A DNA stretch of 64,000 nucleotides from Planctomycetota bacterium (GCA_965248445.1 CBDFJG010000004.1:96001-160000); one strand, 5' to 3'. Counted from the first letter of the stretch, positions 1-9,337 are shown. Notes: generated by a model from the letters alone, not told the origin. A program made the numbers and translations.

Positions 1-1386
1 CGGACCGACGGGCGGGAGTTGGTTGTGATCGCCGACCAGGACGACGCACGTGCGACGGAGATCGATCGCCTGGAAGAGCCGCCATGCGAGCGGCACGTCT
101 ACCATGGATACCTCGTCCACGATGACGACGTCGGCTTCGATCGGATCGTCGGGCCCGGCTGAGTACGCGTGCCCGTTGAACCCCAGCAACCGGTGGATCG
201 TCATGGCCTCGCGGCCAACGACCTGCTCGATCCGCTTGGCCGCCTTCCCGGTCGGCGCGGCGAGCACCACGTCCAGCCCGGCGGTCTCGTACATCCGCGT
301 GATCGCGGCGATGGTGTACGTCTTCCCCGCACCGGCCCCGCCGCAGATGAGGACCACGTTCTCGCGGGCAGTGGCTTCGAGCGCGCGCCGCTGGCACTCG
401 TTCAGGTCAGACCCCGCGGCATCGAACAGTTCGTCGGGCTCGTCCGCGGCGAAGTGTGGGTTCCCGCAGCCGCGCGCGGTGAAGACCTCGGCGAGGTCGC
501 ACTCCATCCGGTGCATCGCTGGCTGCGCGACCAGAAACCTCCCGCCGACCGAGACGCACGCCAGCGCGCCCTCCGCGATCAGCGAGTCGAGCGCCCCCTC
601 GATGCGATCGCGGCTGTCCGCGACGTCGAGGACAAGGAGGAGGTTCGCGAGGTCGACCAGGTGCTCGTACTCGATCCAGCAGTCGCCTCGATCGAGCCGC
701 TCGGCGACGCAGTGGACTACGCCCGCGCGCAGACGCGAAGGGTGCTCCTTCGGCGTCCCCATCTTGCGCGCCACGAGATCGACTCTCTTGAAACCGAAGC
801 CGGGGACCTCGCGGACGAGCAGGTAGGGATCGGTCTTCAGCACCGTGACCACGGCGTTCCCGAACTTCTCGATGAGCGTCGTCATCTGGTGGTGCGTGAG
901 CTGGAACGAGGCGAGCCAGGTCATCGCGGCGTTCAGCGTGCGCGTGCCGAGCCACTCCTCACGCAGCGCCATCGCGGCTGCGAGCGGCACCTTGGCGACT
1001 GCCGCGACGCGCTCGGGCTCCTCGTCGATCACGCGGTCGAAGTCATCACCGAACGTCTCCGCGATGCGGCGCGCCTTGACGGGGCCGATACCGCGGATGC
1101 CCTTGTGGCTGGCGAGGAAGTGAGCGAGACCCTCGGCCGTCAGCCGCTGGTCGAACGTGAAGCGCGCGACCTTGAGCTGACGCCCGTACTTCGCGTGCCG
1201 CTCGAAGGTCCCGTGAAGAACCACGGCGTCGTGCTGCTGGACCATCAGCGCACCAGCGAAGGAGACGGTCTTGCCGTCGTCCGTGCGCAGACGACCGGCG
1301 CTGAAGCGCGGGCTCGCGTAGAAGACGGTTTCCACGCGGCCGCACACCGCGACGGTCTCTGCCTCCATGGCGCGCGTTCTGGTCAT
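1..1386 (-). CDS. recD2: RecD2-like ATP-dependent SF1B helicase (runs off the window start)
   Basis: Absent from the ORF track; translated by hand. Contains GIGPVKARRI and PGFGFKRVD (HhH motifs), ICGGAGAGKT (Walker A), AAPTGKAAKR, TIHRLLG, IVDEVSMVD (Walker B) and LVGDHNQLPPVGP. ATG at 1386 overlaps the ERCC4 stop. Confidence 0.92.
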   Translation of the reverse strand, partial: MTRTRAMEAETVAVCGRVETVFYASPRFSAGRLRTDDGKTVSFAGALMVQQHDAVVLHGTFERHAKYGRQLKVARFTFDQRLTAEGLAHFLASHKGIRGIGPVKARRIAETFGDDFDRVIDEEPERVAAVAKVPLAAAMALREEWLGTRTLNAAMTWLASFQLTHHQMTTLIEKFGNAVVTVLKTDPYLLVREVPGFGFKRVDLVARKMGTPKEHPSRLRAGVVHCVAERLDRGDCWIEYEHLVDLANLLLVLDVADSRDRIEGALDSLIAEGALACVSVGGRFLVAQPAMHRMECDLAEVFTARGCGNPHFAADEPDELFDAAGSDLNECQRRALEATARENVVLICGGAGAGKTYTIAAITRMYETAGLDVVLAAPTGKAAKRIEQVVGREAMTIHRLLGFNGHAYSAGPDDPIEADVVIVDEVSMVDVPLAWRLFQAIDLRRTCVVLVGDHNQLPPVGP

Positions 1387-1817
1387 CCATCGACCTTCCT
1401 GTGGTAGCGGAGCAGGAGCCCCTGGACGAAGCGGCAGGCCAGCTGCCGATCGCTGCAGAAGAAGACCGGCACGCGAAAGTCCACGACCATCGAGAGCGTC
1501 GCGCCGAAGACCGATTGCGGGTGCGCGCCCGATCGGTAGCGGTGGGCGAGGACGTCCTCCAGCGTCGCCTCGACGACCACGCAGCCGAGGTCGTAGGTCG
1601 CAAGGAGCCGCAGCTCCCGCGCGAAGCGTTCCCGGTTGCGCACGGCCGTCGTGACGAAGTCGTCGAGTGACTTGCGTTCGACCGCCACGACTGTCTCGTG
1701 TCCGACGAGCGAGTAGTCGCCCGCGGGCAGCGCCCGCCTCACGGGCGCCACCCGTGCGGGATCAAAGCCGTAGGGCTCCTGCTCCCGCGTGTCGATGACG
1801 ACGGCGATGCGCGTCAT
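1383..1817 (-). CDS. ERCC4-domain nuclease
   Basis: IDTREQ...GDY...VERKSLDDF motif set typical of stand-alone ERCC4/XPF-like nucleases. Confidence 0.88.
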   Translation of the reverse strand: MTRIAVVIDTREQEPYGFDPARVAPVRRALPAGDYSLVGHETVVAVERKSLDDFVTTAVRNRERFARELRLLATYDLGCVVVEATLEDVLAHRYRSGAHPQSVFGATLSMVVDFRVPVFFCSDRQLACRFVQGLLLRYHRKVDG

Positions 1818-1818
1818 C

Positions 1819-2316
1819 CTAGAAGGGGATCAGCTCGTCGCCGAGGGCGGCGCCCGGGCCCGAGGTCGTGTCCCCGACGCCTTCATCCACCACGATCCGG
1901 CGGTTGAAGTAGACGTTCTCGTTCTCACCGCGCGTGCGCTTGGTGATCTCGAGCTTCACGTCGAGCAGTTCCTCCAGACGGCCCGGCAGGTCCGAGACCT
2001 TCGCGAGGTCGAGACCGCAGGTGTGGAGGTCGTTCTTCAGCCACTTCATGTTCTCGCGCGTGGCCATCACGTTGTTGCGCCAGAGCAGGCGGCCGCGGCA
2101 CTGCGGCGCGATCACGCGCAGCGTCCACTTGAGCATGGGGTTGCCCGAGCTCTTGGCGCGGGTCAGCTCGACCTTCTCGACGTTGATCTGGTACTTGCCG
2201 TCGGGGATCGGCTCGAACTCGCGCTCCTCGATCGGCGCGCCGGCGAAGTCGTCGTCGAACTGCGAGAGATCGAAATCGTCTGCGCGGCCGGCGCGGTCGT
2301 TGTTGGACTCGTACAT
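1819..2316 (-). CDS. DUF669-family protein (putative phage-type ssDNA-binding protein)
   Basis: FEPIPDGKY...SGNPMLKWTL pattern, acidic C-terminal DELIPF tail, and position next to an AAA_24 ATPase. Confidence 0.75.
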   Translation of the reverse strand: MYESNNDRAGRADDFDLSQFDDDFAGAPIEEREFEPIPDGKYQINVEKVELTRAKSSGNPMLKWTLRVIAPQCRGRLLWRNNVMATRENMKWLKNDLHTCGLDLAKVSDLPGRLEELLDVKLEITKRTRGENENVYFNRRIVVDEGVGDTTSGPGAALGDELIPF

Positions 2317-2334
2317 GGGGCTTTCTCCTGGGGG

Positions 2335-3051
2335 TTACTTCGTGGCCTTGCTGGGACGCCCCGCCGTGAACGCGGCGAGGAACTTGGGGTAGTCGAGGTC
2401 GATCACCTCGGGCAGGCGACCCGTGCGGTCGCCGGCCTCGTACTGTGCGGAGGGCTTCGTGCGCATCACGCGGCGGACGACGGTCTTGCCGTCCTTGCCG
2501 ACGCTCGTCTCCAGGTCGCAGAACAGGATCATGTCGACCATGCCGAGCACGATCTGCCGCGCCTTCTCGGGCAGCGTCGGGACGATGCGCATCACCTTCC
2601 CGGTGCGCGTTTCGAACTCGCGCTCGACGGAGTGCGACACGAGGAAGAGCCCGTAGGGGAGCAGCGCGAGCTTGTTCAGCACGCGGTGGAACTCGTTGTT
2701 CACCAGCGCGTAGCCCTTGCCGTAGGCGAGGTCGCTCTGGTGGTCGACCTTGAACTTCGCGCAGATGTAGTCCGCGCACATGCGGTAGGCGTTGTCCACC
2801 GTGTCCAGCACGATGGTCTTGAAGGGGTGCTCGCCCTTGCCGATCTCCGCACACGCGGCGAGGAGCTCTTCCCAGGTCCCGACCGGGGACTGGAAGACCT
2901 CCAGGCTGTTGAGGCCCGCCTCGGTGGCGAGGAACAGTGCGTCGCCCGGCTGCGAGCACCACGTGGACTTGCCGATCTTCGTCGGTCCGTACACCAGCAC
3001 GGTCAGGTCGGCGAGCGCATCTCGCGGGGGCGTCTTGGCGGTTGGAAGCAT
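2335..3051 (-). CDS. AAA_24 P-loop ATPase (Sak4-like phage recombination protein)
   Basis: YGPTKIGKST Walker A, LATEAG, TIVLDTVD, YGKGY and AGDRTGRLP motifs. Confidence 0.85.
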   Translation of the reverse strand: MLPTAKTPPRDALADLTVLVYGPTKIGKSTWCSQPGDALFLATEAGLNSLEVFQSPVGTWEELLAACAEIGKGEHPFKTIVLDTVDNAYRMCADYICAKFKVDHQSDLAYGKGYALVNNEFHRVLNKLALLPYGLFLVSHSVEREFETRTGKVMRIVPTLPEKARQIVLGMVDMILFCDLETSVGKDGKTVVRRVMRTKPSAQYEAGDRTGRLPEVIDLDYPKFLAAFTAGRPSKATK

Positions 3052-3080
3052 GGGATCTCCTTCGTTTGATCAGTGGTTGT

Positions 3081-3203
3081 TCAGGACTGGCAGGCGTCGC
3101 CTTCGCACCCCGCCGGCTCGGGCAGCCGCTCGAGCACGGCGCCGCACGTCGTGCACAGGCGCACGGCGGGGCCGGCAGCGACGGTGACCGCGTGCTCGCA
3201 CAT
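3081..3203 (-). CDS. Small Cys-rich protein (40 aa), possible Zn-ribbon
   Basis: ATG overlaps the PD-(D/E)XK stop (TGATG); translation MCEH...CTTC...GCEGDACQS. Confidence 0.45.
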   Translation of the reverse strand: MCEHAVTVAAGPAVRLCTTCGAVLERLPEPAGCEGDACQS

Positions 3204-4216
3204 CAGAAGGGCACGGGCTCGGCGGTCTCCGCGTCGCGCAGTTCCTCGTGGGGCGCCACGCGCTGGTAGAGGTTCTCGATGACGTTCGGGCTCCCGCCCG
3301 AGCGGCAGAGCGGGAAGTACGCGCACGGGCGCCCCCAGCGGAAGCAGTACGAGGTGTTCTCGTAGAAGACGTTGCGCCTTCGCGCATCGAGGAACGCCTG
3401 GGTCAGCTCCCAGAGTTCGGCGCGCAGCGTCTCGAAGCGATCGCGCGAGATGTAGATCGGCTCGCGATGGAACATCCCGGGCTCGGCATGCTTGACGAGG
3501 AGGCGCGCCTGGAAGTCCTCGTCGCTCTCGGGCATTCGGCGCTTGGCCGAGCTCTTCCCGGTCTTCGACTTGGCGATCAGCGCGGCGCGGCGCTCCTCGT
3601 ACTCGATCTGCGTCTCGCCGGCGCGCTGCTTCAGCCGCGTCTTGACCAGCACGTTGTAGAGGACCCCTGCGATGCGGATCCCGAGCGCCTGCTCGACGTA
3701 GTGCGCGTAGAGCGTGATCTGGAAGTCGGTCCAGAGGCGTTCGAGGTAGCTGGCGTCGAGGACGCTGGCCGTCTTGTGCTCGAGCAGGAAGTGCTCGTCT
3801 CCGATGCGGACGATCCCATCGACCTTCCCGGAAAGGACGAAGCTCCGGCTCGCGGCGCCCGTTGCGGGGTTCACGATCCGGCCCTCGAACGTCTTCTCCA
3901 GCGCGACGACCTCGAAGTCCTCGGTCGGGTAGCGCGCCGCGTAGCCGCGCATCATGGCCGTGGCCAGGTGCCACGTACGGTGCTGGTCCTCATCGCGAGC
4001 TCGGTCCGCGCAGGCGCGGTCGATGTGGTCGAGCGCTGCGGACAGATCGCGCGTCCCGTGCCAGATCTCCAGGCACTCATGAATGAGCGAGCCGAAGCGG
4101 AGGTTGCGGTCGCGCTCCAGCGGGACGAGATCCAGCAGGTAGCGCCACTGCGCGGCCTTGCGGCAGTTCCGGAAGAGCGACCACATGGAGTAGGTCGTGA
4201 CTACGCGCGTGTTCAT
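3203..4216 (-). CDS. PD-(D/E)XK nuclease (PDDEXK_1, RecB/Cas4-like) with a Cys cluster
   Basis: N-terminal Cys (RNCRK), GKVDG...LLEHKT, QITLY and a C-terminal CFRWGRPCAYFPLC. Confidence 0.88.
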   Translation of the reverse strand: MNTRVVTTYSMWSLFRNCRKAAQWRYLLDLVPLERDRNLRFGSLIHECLEIWHGTRDLSAALDHIDRACADRARDEDQHRTWHLATAMMRGYAARYPTEDFEVVALEKTFEGRIVNPATGAASRSFVLSGKVDGIVRIGDEHFLLEHKTASVLDASYLERLWTDFQITLYAHYVEQALGIRIAGVLYNVLVKTRLKQRAGETQIEYEERRAALIAKSKTGKSSAKRRMPESDEDFQARLLVKHAEPGMFHREPIYISRDRFETLRAELWELTQAFLDARRRNVFYENTSYCFRWGRPCAYFPLCRSGGSPNVIENLYQRVAPHEELRDAETAEPVPF

Positions 4217-4560
4217 CGGCCGTTCCTCGCGTGAAGGTCCATGTCGGGGCGTCCGATCCGCTCCTCCGAGGCGACGCGTTCGACCGTGAAGGCGTCCTCC
4301 CCGAACTCGCGGCCCAGGAACGTGGTGAAGACCTTGGCGATCGTCTCGCCGGCCGGCGTCGTGGCATCGACGACGCAGGCGCGCTTCGCTTCGTCGAGCA
4401 GGAACTCACCGTCCATCCGCACCTGGGAGTGGCCGTGAACTCCCTCCGCCGCGAAGACGGCGAGAAGCAGCGAGTCTTCGACCTCGTCGAGGTCGACCGT
4501 CGGCCGGAACGAGTAGCGGTAGAGCGTGCGGGGCAAGTGGATCTCCGTGGGGGCGTTCAT
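4213..4560 (-). CDS. Hypothetical protein of the element's recombination operon
   Basis: Protein-like composition; stop overlaps the next start; GGGG RBS upstream. Confidence 0.7.
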   Translation of the reverse strand: MNAPTEIHLPRTLYRYSFRPTVDLDEVEDSLLLAVFAAEGVHGHSQVRMDGEFLLDEAKRACVVDATTPAGETIAKVFTTFLGREFGEDAFTVERVASEERIGRPDMDLHARNGR

Positions 4561-4569
4561 CTGGTCCCC

Positions 4570-5093
4570 CTACTGATCACCTACCGGAGCCGCCGCCGAC
4601 GTGGCGGTGGACTGCAGGTAGATCCGCAACCCGGCGCGCTCGAAGCGGCCTCGGATGCGAGCGATCCGATCCCTGACGGTGCGCCGGGGGACGCCGGTTG
4701 CGCGGGCGACCTCGGTCGGCGTCTGGCGGGAGAGATGTCCCGCGAGGTCGCGCAGGTCCTCCGGCAGATCCGACAAGGCCGTCGCGACGTCGAACTGCAG
4801 GTCACGGAGGTCTGCGTCGTCGCGGGGTGTCCGGCCGTCGCTGCGGCCGAGGCGCTGGTCGATCGTTGCCCAGACGGGTTCGGCGTGCCCCTCGTCGTCG
4901 CCGGTCTCTGCGTCGAGCGAGGCAACGCACCGCGCGGGAGGCGAGTCAGGAGGTCGAGGTAGAGCTCCTGTTCGATGTCCCCGCGGTCCGAGACGGTGAA
5001 CTCTGGCCGTCTGATGAGTTGTCGCGCCTTGTGGCGGACGAGTCGAACGGCGTGCTGGTCGAGGCCCTGCTGGGCGGTGGTGTTGTGTGCCAT
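4570..5093 (-). pseudogene. ECF/sigma-70-like factor, split by an internal deletion/frameshift near 4933
   Basis: The N-half (VRHKARQL...DIEQELYLDLLTRLPR, region-2-like) and C-half (CVASLD...LSDLPEDLR...TEVARATGVPRRTVRDRIARIR, region-4 HTH) are in different frames, and the usual intervening segment appears absent. Confidence 0.75.
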
Positions 5094-5105
5094 CGCCCGC
5101 GACTT

Positions 5106-5242
5106 GCGACAAGTCGCTGGGCGTGGCGTTGGGAGCGTTCAGGAGGCGCGGAGAATCGACGTAAGACGCAGTGCTCCAATGGGTTGAAGCGAGTGGGTTT
5201 CTTCGGGAATCCGAGATTGCTCCAGCGACATGTCGCTGGGCG
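5106..5242. promoter_or_regulatory. Pair of palindromic 18-bp operator-like sites
   Basis: gcgacaagtcgctgggcg (5106-5123) and gcgacatgtcgctgggcg (5225-5242) are 17/18 identical; ccagcgacatgtcgctgg (5222-5239) is a perfect palindrome. Confidence 0.55.
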
Positions 5243-5245
5243 GCG

Positions 5246-6313
5246 CTAGATCGAGAGCGAGATCACGGTGCGCCAGCCGCGGGGGCGTTGCGTGCTGAAC
5301 ACGATTGGGCGCCCCTCGGTGATCCGGAAGAAGGCGCGGAGATCGCGGACGAGTCGCTCGCACTGCTTCTTGCGATTCCGATGGGCGTCGCGGTCGCTCC
5401 AAGTGAGCCAGCCCTGGCGATTCGCGAACGTGCGCAGCAGTTCCCATTGGAGGGTCGGCTGATGCGTCTTCCGGTTCACCATGCCCATCTCGGCGTAGCT
5501 GAACCGCCCGGCGGTCCCGAGCACGTCGACCGAGACCGTGTGCGAGTCGGTGAACCGGACGTTGACGTCGCTCCACGTGGCATCGCCGGGCGTCGCGAAG
5601 TAGGCCATCCCGCTCTTGCTCGGGCCGTCAGCCGGCTCCGCGATGCCCTCGTGCAGGGACGCGAACACATCAGCCGGCGCCGTGCGGATCGCGAGCGCCC
5701 CTCCGTCCCCGAGGCCGGTGAAGTCGGGGAGCGCTACGACCGCGGCGCCGCGCGACGTGAGTTGGCGTGCCGTGTCCGAGGCGACGTGGTCGGTTGTCGG
5801 GACGATCAAGGCGAACGCTTCCGTCTCCAGCGCGAGGAGGCGCTCACAGACGCTGGTCATGGCCGCGCGGTTGGGTTGAATCGTCAGGTAGACGCCGAAC
5901 TCGCGGCCCGCTACCGGCCGGTAGATACCGCAGACGGCCGTGCGACGAAGCCCCGTCGCTTCGGTCGGTGCATCTCCCCGCAAGTCGAGTCCGTCGCGCA
6001 GCCATGTGGCGAGCCGCAGGAGATCCAACCGACGAATGACTACGTCCTCCCGCGTGAGCGTGAGCGTGTCGCACGTGAGCGGGTCGCGCTGACAGACTGC
6101 GACGATGTCGTCGGCGCCATGCTCGACGACGCGGCGCGGACAGCCATCGCTGCCGGGCTCCGGACAGGGGTACGACGTCGCGTACCCCTCTAACGTCTCG
6201 AGGAACGGCCACACCGCCGTGACCGCGTCCCCGAGGGCCTCTCGCCACTGCGCCTCGACGCCGGAGCGGACCGGCATCGCCTCAAGCGCGCGCCACAGGG
6301 TCTCCGCCGTCAT
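5246..6313 (-). CDS. Hypothetical protein with an N-terminal Cys cluster and possible C-terminal DNA-binding domain
   Basis: Likely start MTAETLW at 6313; YPCPEPGSDGCPRR...AVC...TC Cys cluster; basic helical C-terminus. Confidence 0.7.
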   Translation of the reverse strand: MTAETLWRALEAMPVRSGVEAQWREALGDAVTAVWPFLETLEGYATSYPCPEPGSDGCPRRVVEHGADDIVAVCQRDPLTCDTLTLTREDVVIRRLDLLRLATWLRDGLDLRGDAPTEATGLRRTAVCGIYRPVAGREFGVYLTIQPNRAAMTSVCERLLALETEAFALIVPTTDHVASDTARQLTSRGAAVVALPDFTGLGDGGALAIRTAPADVFASLHEGIAEPADGPSKSGMAYFATPGDATWSDVNVRFTDSHTVSVDVLGTAGRFSYAEMGMVNRKTHQPTLQWELLRTFANRQGWLTWSDRDAHRNRKKQCERLVRDLRAFFRITEGRPIVFSTQRPRGWRTVISLSI

Positions 6314-7491
6314 CGTCGAACTCCTCCGGGCGGGGCACGAGGAACTCGCGCATCCGCAGCCACTCCTCGACGTGCTTGCCATCGTCGTCGCGCGTGAAGG
6401 TCGCCACGTTCGGCGGTCGGACGTTCACGCTGCGCGGCGTCTTGCTGTCGCTGAACTTCACGCGGAACTTGGCCCCGCTGATCCGCACGCTGTTGAGGAG
6501 CTCGCGCTCGCGCGCTTCGAGGGCGGCGAAGATGTCGCTCGCGCGGCGAGTCTCCATCTCGTTGTACGCGCCGCCCCAGAAGTACGTCACCTCAGTGAGG
6601 TGGATCGAGTCGATGCCCTCGACGTCCGCGCACACGAGCGCCGCCTTGCCGTGCACCTGAAGCGGCTCGAGCGTGTACTTCCTGAGCGAGGCCGGGAAGT
6701 GCTCCTCATCGCCGAAGAGGTGCAGCCCGAACATGCGGCGGTAGAGGTCCTTCTCGCCCTTCGTCACCGCGTTCACCCGCAGCTCGCCGACGACCGGGTT
6801 GTAGACCACCACGTCGTGCTTCTCGGGGCGGTAGAACACGCTCGACGACTGGCCGTCCTTCACCGCGCCCTCGCGTCGGTACGTGTCGCCATGCCGCACG
6901 AGGAACCACACCTCGTCGGGCTTCGCGTACATGAGTACGCGCACGACGTCGCTCTTCTTCTTCTCCCCGAACCAGTTCCCGAGTGACCGCTCCAGGGCGC
7001 GCATCTGTTTCGCCCGTCGGCCGCGTGAACTGCGTGGTCGGACGATCCTTCGCCAGGAAGGACAGGAACGACTTCTTGCTCGCGACGACGGCCTCGGCGT
7101 GCTGGCGCTCCAAGAGTTCGGGCGAGTGGAGCCACACAGCGATCGCGACATCGCCGGGCGTCAGGTCCGACGAGTTGCCGAGGTCGGGACGGTCATCCAC
7201 CGGCATGCGGTCGATCGTCGCCAGGAGGGTCTGCATCCCGTCCTCCGTCGCCATCTCGTTGGAGATGAACAGCGCGTCGATGAGCGCCTGCGGCATCGTC
7301 TCGTCCGGGTCCACGAGGAAGCTGGCCAGCGCCTCGTAGTCCAGATCGTCACCTCCGGCCGTGCCGTTGACGTGGATCCCATGGTCGGCGAGATAGGGCC
7401 CGTGGGGCGCGAGCAGCTCCCGCAGAATCGGTGGTCGGATGCGCTTGAGTGCGTCGGCGCTGGCGAAGCGCCGGAGTTTGAACGTCGCCAT
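6282..7491 (-). pseudogene. Hypothetical protein (~400 aa) with a one-base frameshift near 7015
   Basis: The N-part of ORF 6706-7491 (MATFKLRRF...FTRPT) joins the C-part of ORF 6282-7151 (AKQMRALE...) if one G is removed from ACGGGCGAAA; AGGAGG RBS upstream. May be a sequencing error. Confidence 0.7.
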
Positions 7492-7537
7492 GAAACTGGT
7501 CCTCCTGTCCGTCCGCCCGGCTCCGAGGAGTCGGACC

Positions 7538-7641
7538 CCGCAACGTATCAGGAGGCGACGACGCGCTCAGGGCTCCGTGGCTGCTCCGGCCGGGATGTTG
7601 CGGGATGTCGGACCCCCACATCCCGCAACGATTACCGCAAC
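7538..7641. promoter_or_regulatory. Four CCGCAAC boxes including a 12-bp inverted repeat
   Basis: CCGCAAC at 7538, 7623 and 7635, reverse copy at 7597; gttgcgggatgt-N9-acatcccgcaac at 7597-7629. Confidence 0.5.
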
Positions 7642-7668
7642 GGAAGTCCTGCTCTGACAGCCACTTAG

Positions 7669-9337
7669 CCGCATCTGTTCACGAGACGTCGCGATGACGG
7701 TGCTTTCGGAGTCCACAGGGTCAGATCTTGGCCAGGCGAGGGCGGATGCTGTCGTCGTTGCCACAAGGGCAACGCGAGTGAGCGGCCGAAACGGCGCGGA
7801 TTCTGCGGTGTGGGCAGACCGTAGGCCGGGCGGTGGTGTGGCGGACGGCGCGGCGGGACGTCAGGTCGGCTTCGGGGATGCCAGCAGTCGTTGCGCGCAG
7901 CGCTCGAAGACGTGCTGCCAGGGCCACGACGAGGACATCGAGACCCAGATCCGGCGCGTCGTGATCCGCACGAGCGCGCCGATCTTGAGCAGCCGCAGGC
8001 GGATCGTGCCGGCTTGCGCACGCGCCATCTCGGTGCCGGCGAGACCGATGCGTCGCAGCGCACAGGTCAGGACGTAGGCCATGGCCGACATGGCCATCCG
8101 CACGGCGTTGCCCTGCATCGTGTGCACCGACAGACGGGTGCCGAAGAGCTCGAGCTGCTGCTCCTTGATGCGATTCTCCGCCTCGCCCCGGGCGCAGTAG
8201 AGCTGCTCGTAGAGACGCTTGCTGCTCCAGCTACGAGGCGGCAGATTGGTCACCACGAAGCGGGGATTGCGCTTGCCGCCCGGCAGGTGCTCGGCCTTGG
8301 CGACCACGCGACGCCTCTGGCTCCAGCTCCCCAGCGTGGTCCAGGCAAAGTCGCGAAAGACCCGGGCTGCTCGGCCGGTCTGCACGGCACGGGCTGCGGC
8401 CTCATCGAGCGCGTCTTCGACGTGTCGCTCAAGGCGCTCATTGCGCGCCATGCCCAGCAGGTAGAAGTGGCCGGCGGCCTCGCACCAGGCCATCAGCTCC
8501 TCGCGGCAAAAGCCCGAGTCTGCGCGCACGAGCACCTTGGCCCGGGGCCAGCGGCGCCGCAGACGTAAGACCAGCGCACGGAGCTCGTCCACGACTCCGC
8601 GCGCGGGATCTCTGTCAGCGGTCTGGAGCCGAGCGAGCAAGAGGTGCTCGCCGCAGAAGACGTACAGCGGCAGGTAGCAGTAGTGCCCGTAGTAGCCGTG
8701 GAAGAAGCGGCCCTCCTGCCGGCCGTGCAGCCGCACGTCGGAGTGGTCCAGGTCCAGCACGAGCAGGCCCGGATCCTCCGGCCCCATGGCCTCGCAGAAG
8801 ACGTCGCTGAGCACGCTGTCCACGCGCTCCTGGTCCATCTCGATCTTGGCGTAGCGCGTCTGTGCCGTGGCGCCGAGCTGCGTGGTCTCGAGCCGCGAGA
8901 GCGTCGGGTGCGTGGCCAGAGCACCCTCGCGCTTGCCGCACGCCGCGGCAAACAGCGGGTCCTTGCCGACATGGTCGTGGTCCACCAGATCCTCGTAGCC
9001 CGCGCACAGCCCGAAGACCCGCTGACGCAGCATCTGGCCGACCGTGTGCTCGACCCGACGCGGGTCCCGGTGGTCCCCGAAGCAGCGCGCAAACCGCGAG
9101 AGCAGATCGATGCGACGATCGGTCCGCTCGAGCAGCAGCACGCCCCCGTCGCTCGTCACGGTACCGGCGTCGAAGCGCGTCACCGCGGTGCGTCCACAGA
9201 TGCCCGCGAAGAGGGTCCCCTGCGGGCTACAGTCTGTCGTCATCGGGCCGGCGCTCCTGTCGGTGCAAGTACTAGCGAGTACGAGCACTTAGACAGACGA
9301 CGGCCCGCTCAGATTCCCGGCTGGTGAACGATTCGGG
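7669..9337 (-). mobile_element. IS1380-family insertion sequence (copy A1, complete)
   Basis: Imperfect terminal IRs ccgcatctgttcac / gtgaacgattcggg around a DDE_Tnp_1_4-type transposase; flanks are TTAG and CTAG. Confidence 0.88.
7861..9243 (-). CDS. IS1380-family transposase
   Basis: TSDGGVLLL, QRVFGLCAGYED, LDLD, HGRQEGRFFHGYY, RADSGF and YCARGEAENRIKE motifs. Confidence 0.95.
   Translation of the reverse strand: MTTDCSPQGTLFAGICGRTAVTRFDAGTVTSDGGVLLLERTDRRIDLLSRFARCFGDHRDPRRVEHTVGQMLRQRVFGLCAGYEDLVDHDHVGKDPLFAAACGKREGALATHPTLSRLETTQLGATAQTRYAKIEMDQERVDSVLSDVFCEAMGPEDPGLLVLDLDHSDVRLHGRQEGRFFHGYYGHYCYLPLYVFCGEHLLLARLQTADRDPARGVVDELRALVLRLRRRWPRAKVLVRADSGFCREELMAWCEAAGHFYLLGMARNERLERHVEDALDEAAARAVQTGRAARVFRDFAWTTLGSWSQRRRVVAKAEHLPGGKRNPRFVVTNLPPRSWSSKRLYEQLYCARGEAENRIKEQQLELFGTRLSVHTMQGNAVRMAMSAMAYVLTCALRRIGLAGTEMARAQAGTIRLRLLKIGALVRITTRRIWVSMSSSWPWQHVFERCAQRLLASPKPT

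Noticed and set aside
169..1407. 412-aa plus-strand ORF (and 50-826)
   Set aside because: Antisense shadow of the minus-strand RecD2 gene, which carries all the helicase motifs.
3203..4216. Cas4 of a CRISPR system
   Set aside because: The context is a phage-type recombination operon with no cas1/cas2 or array.
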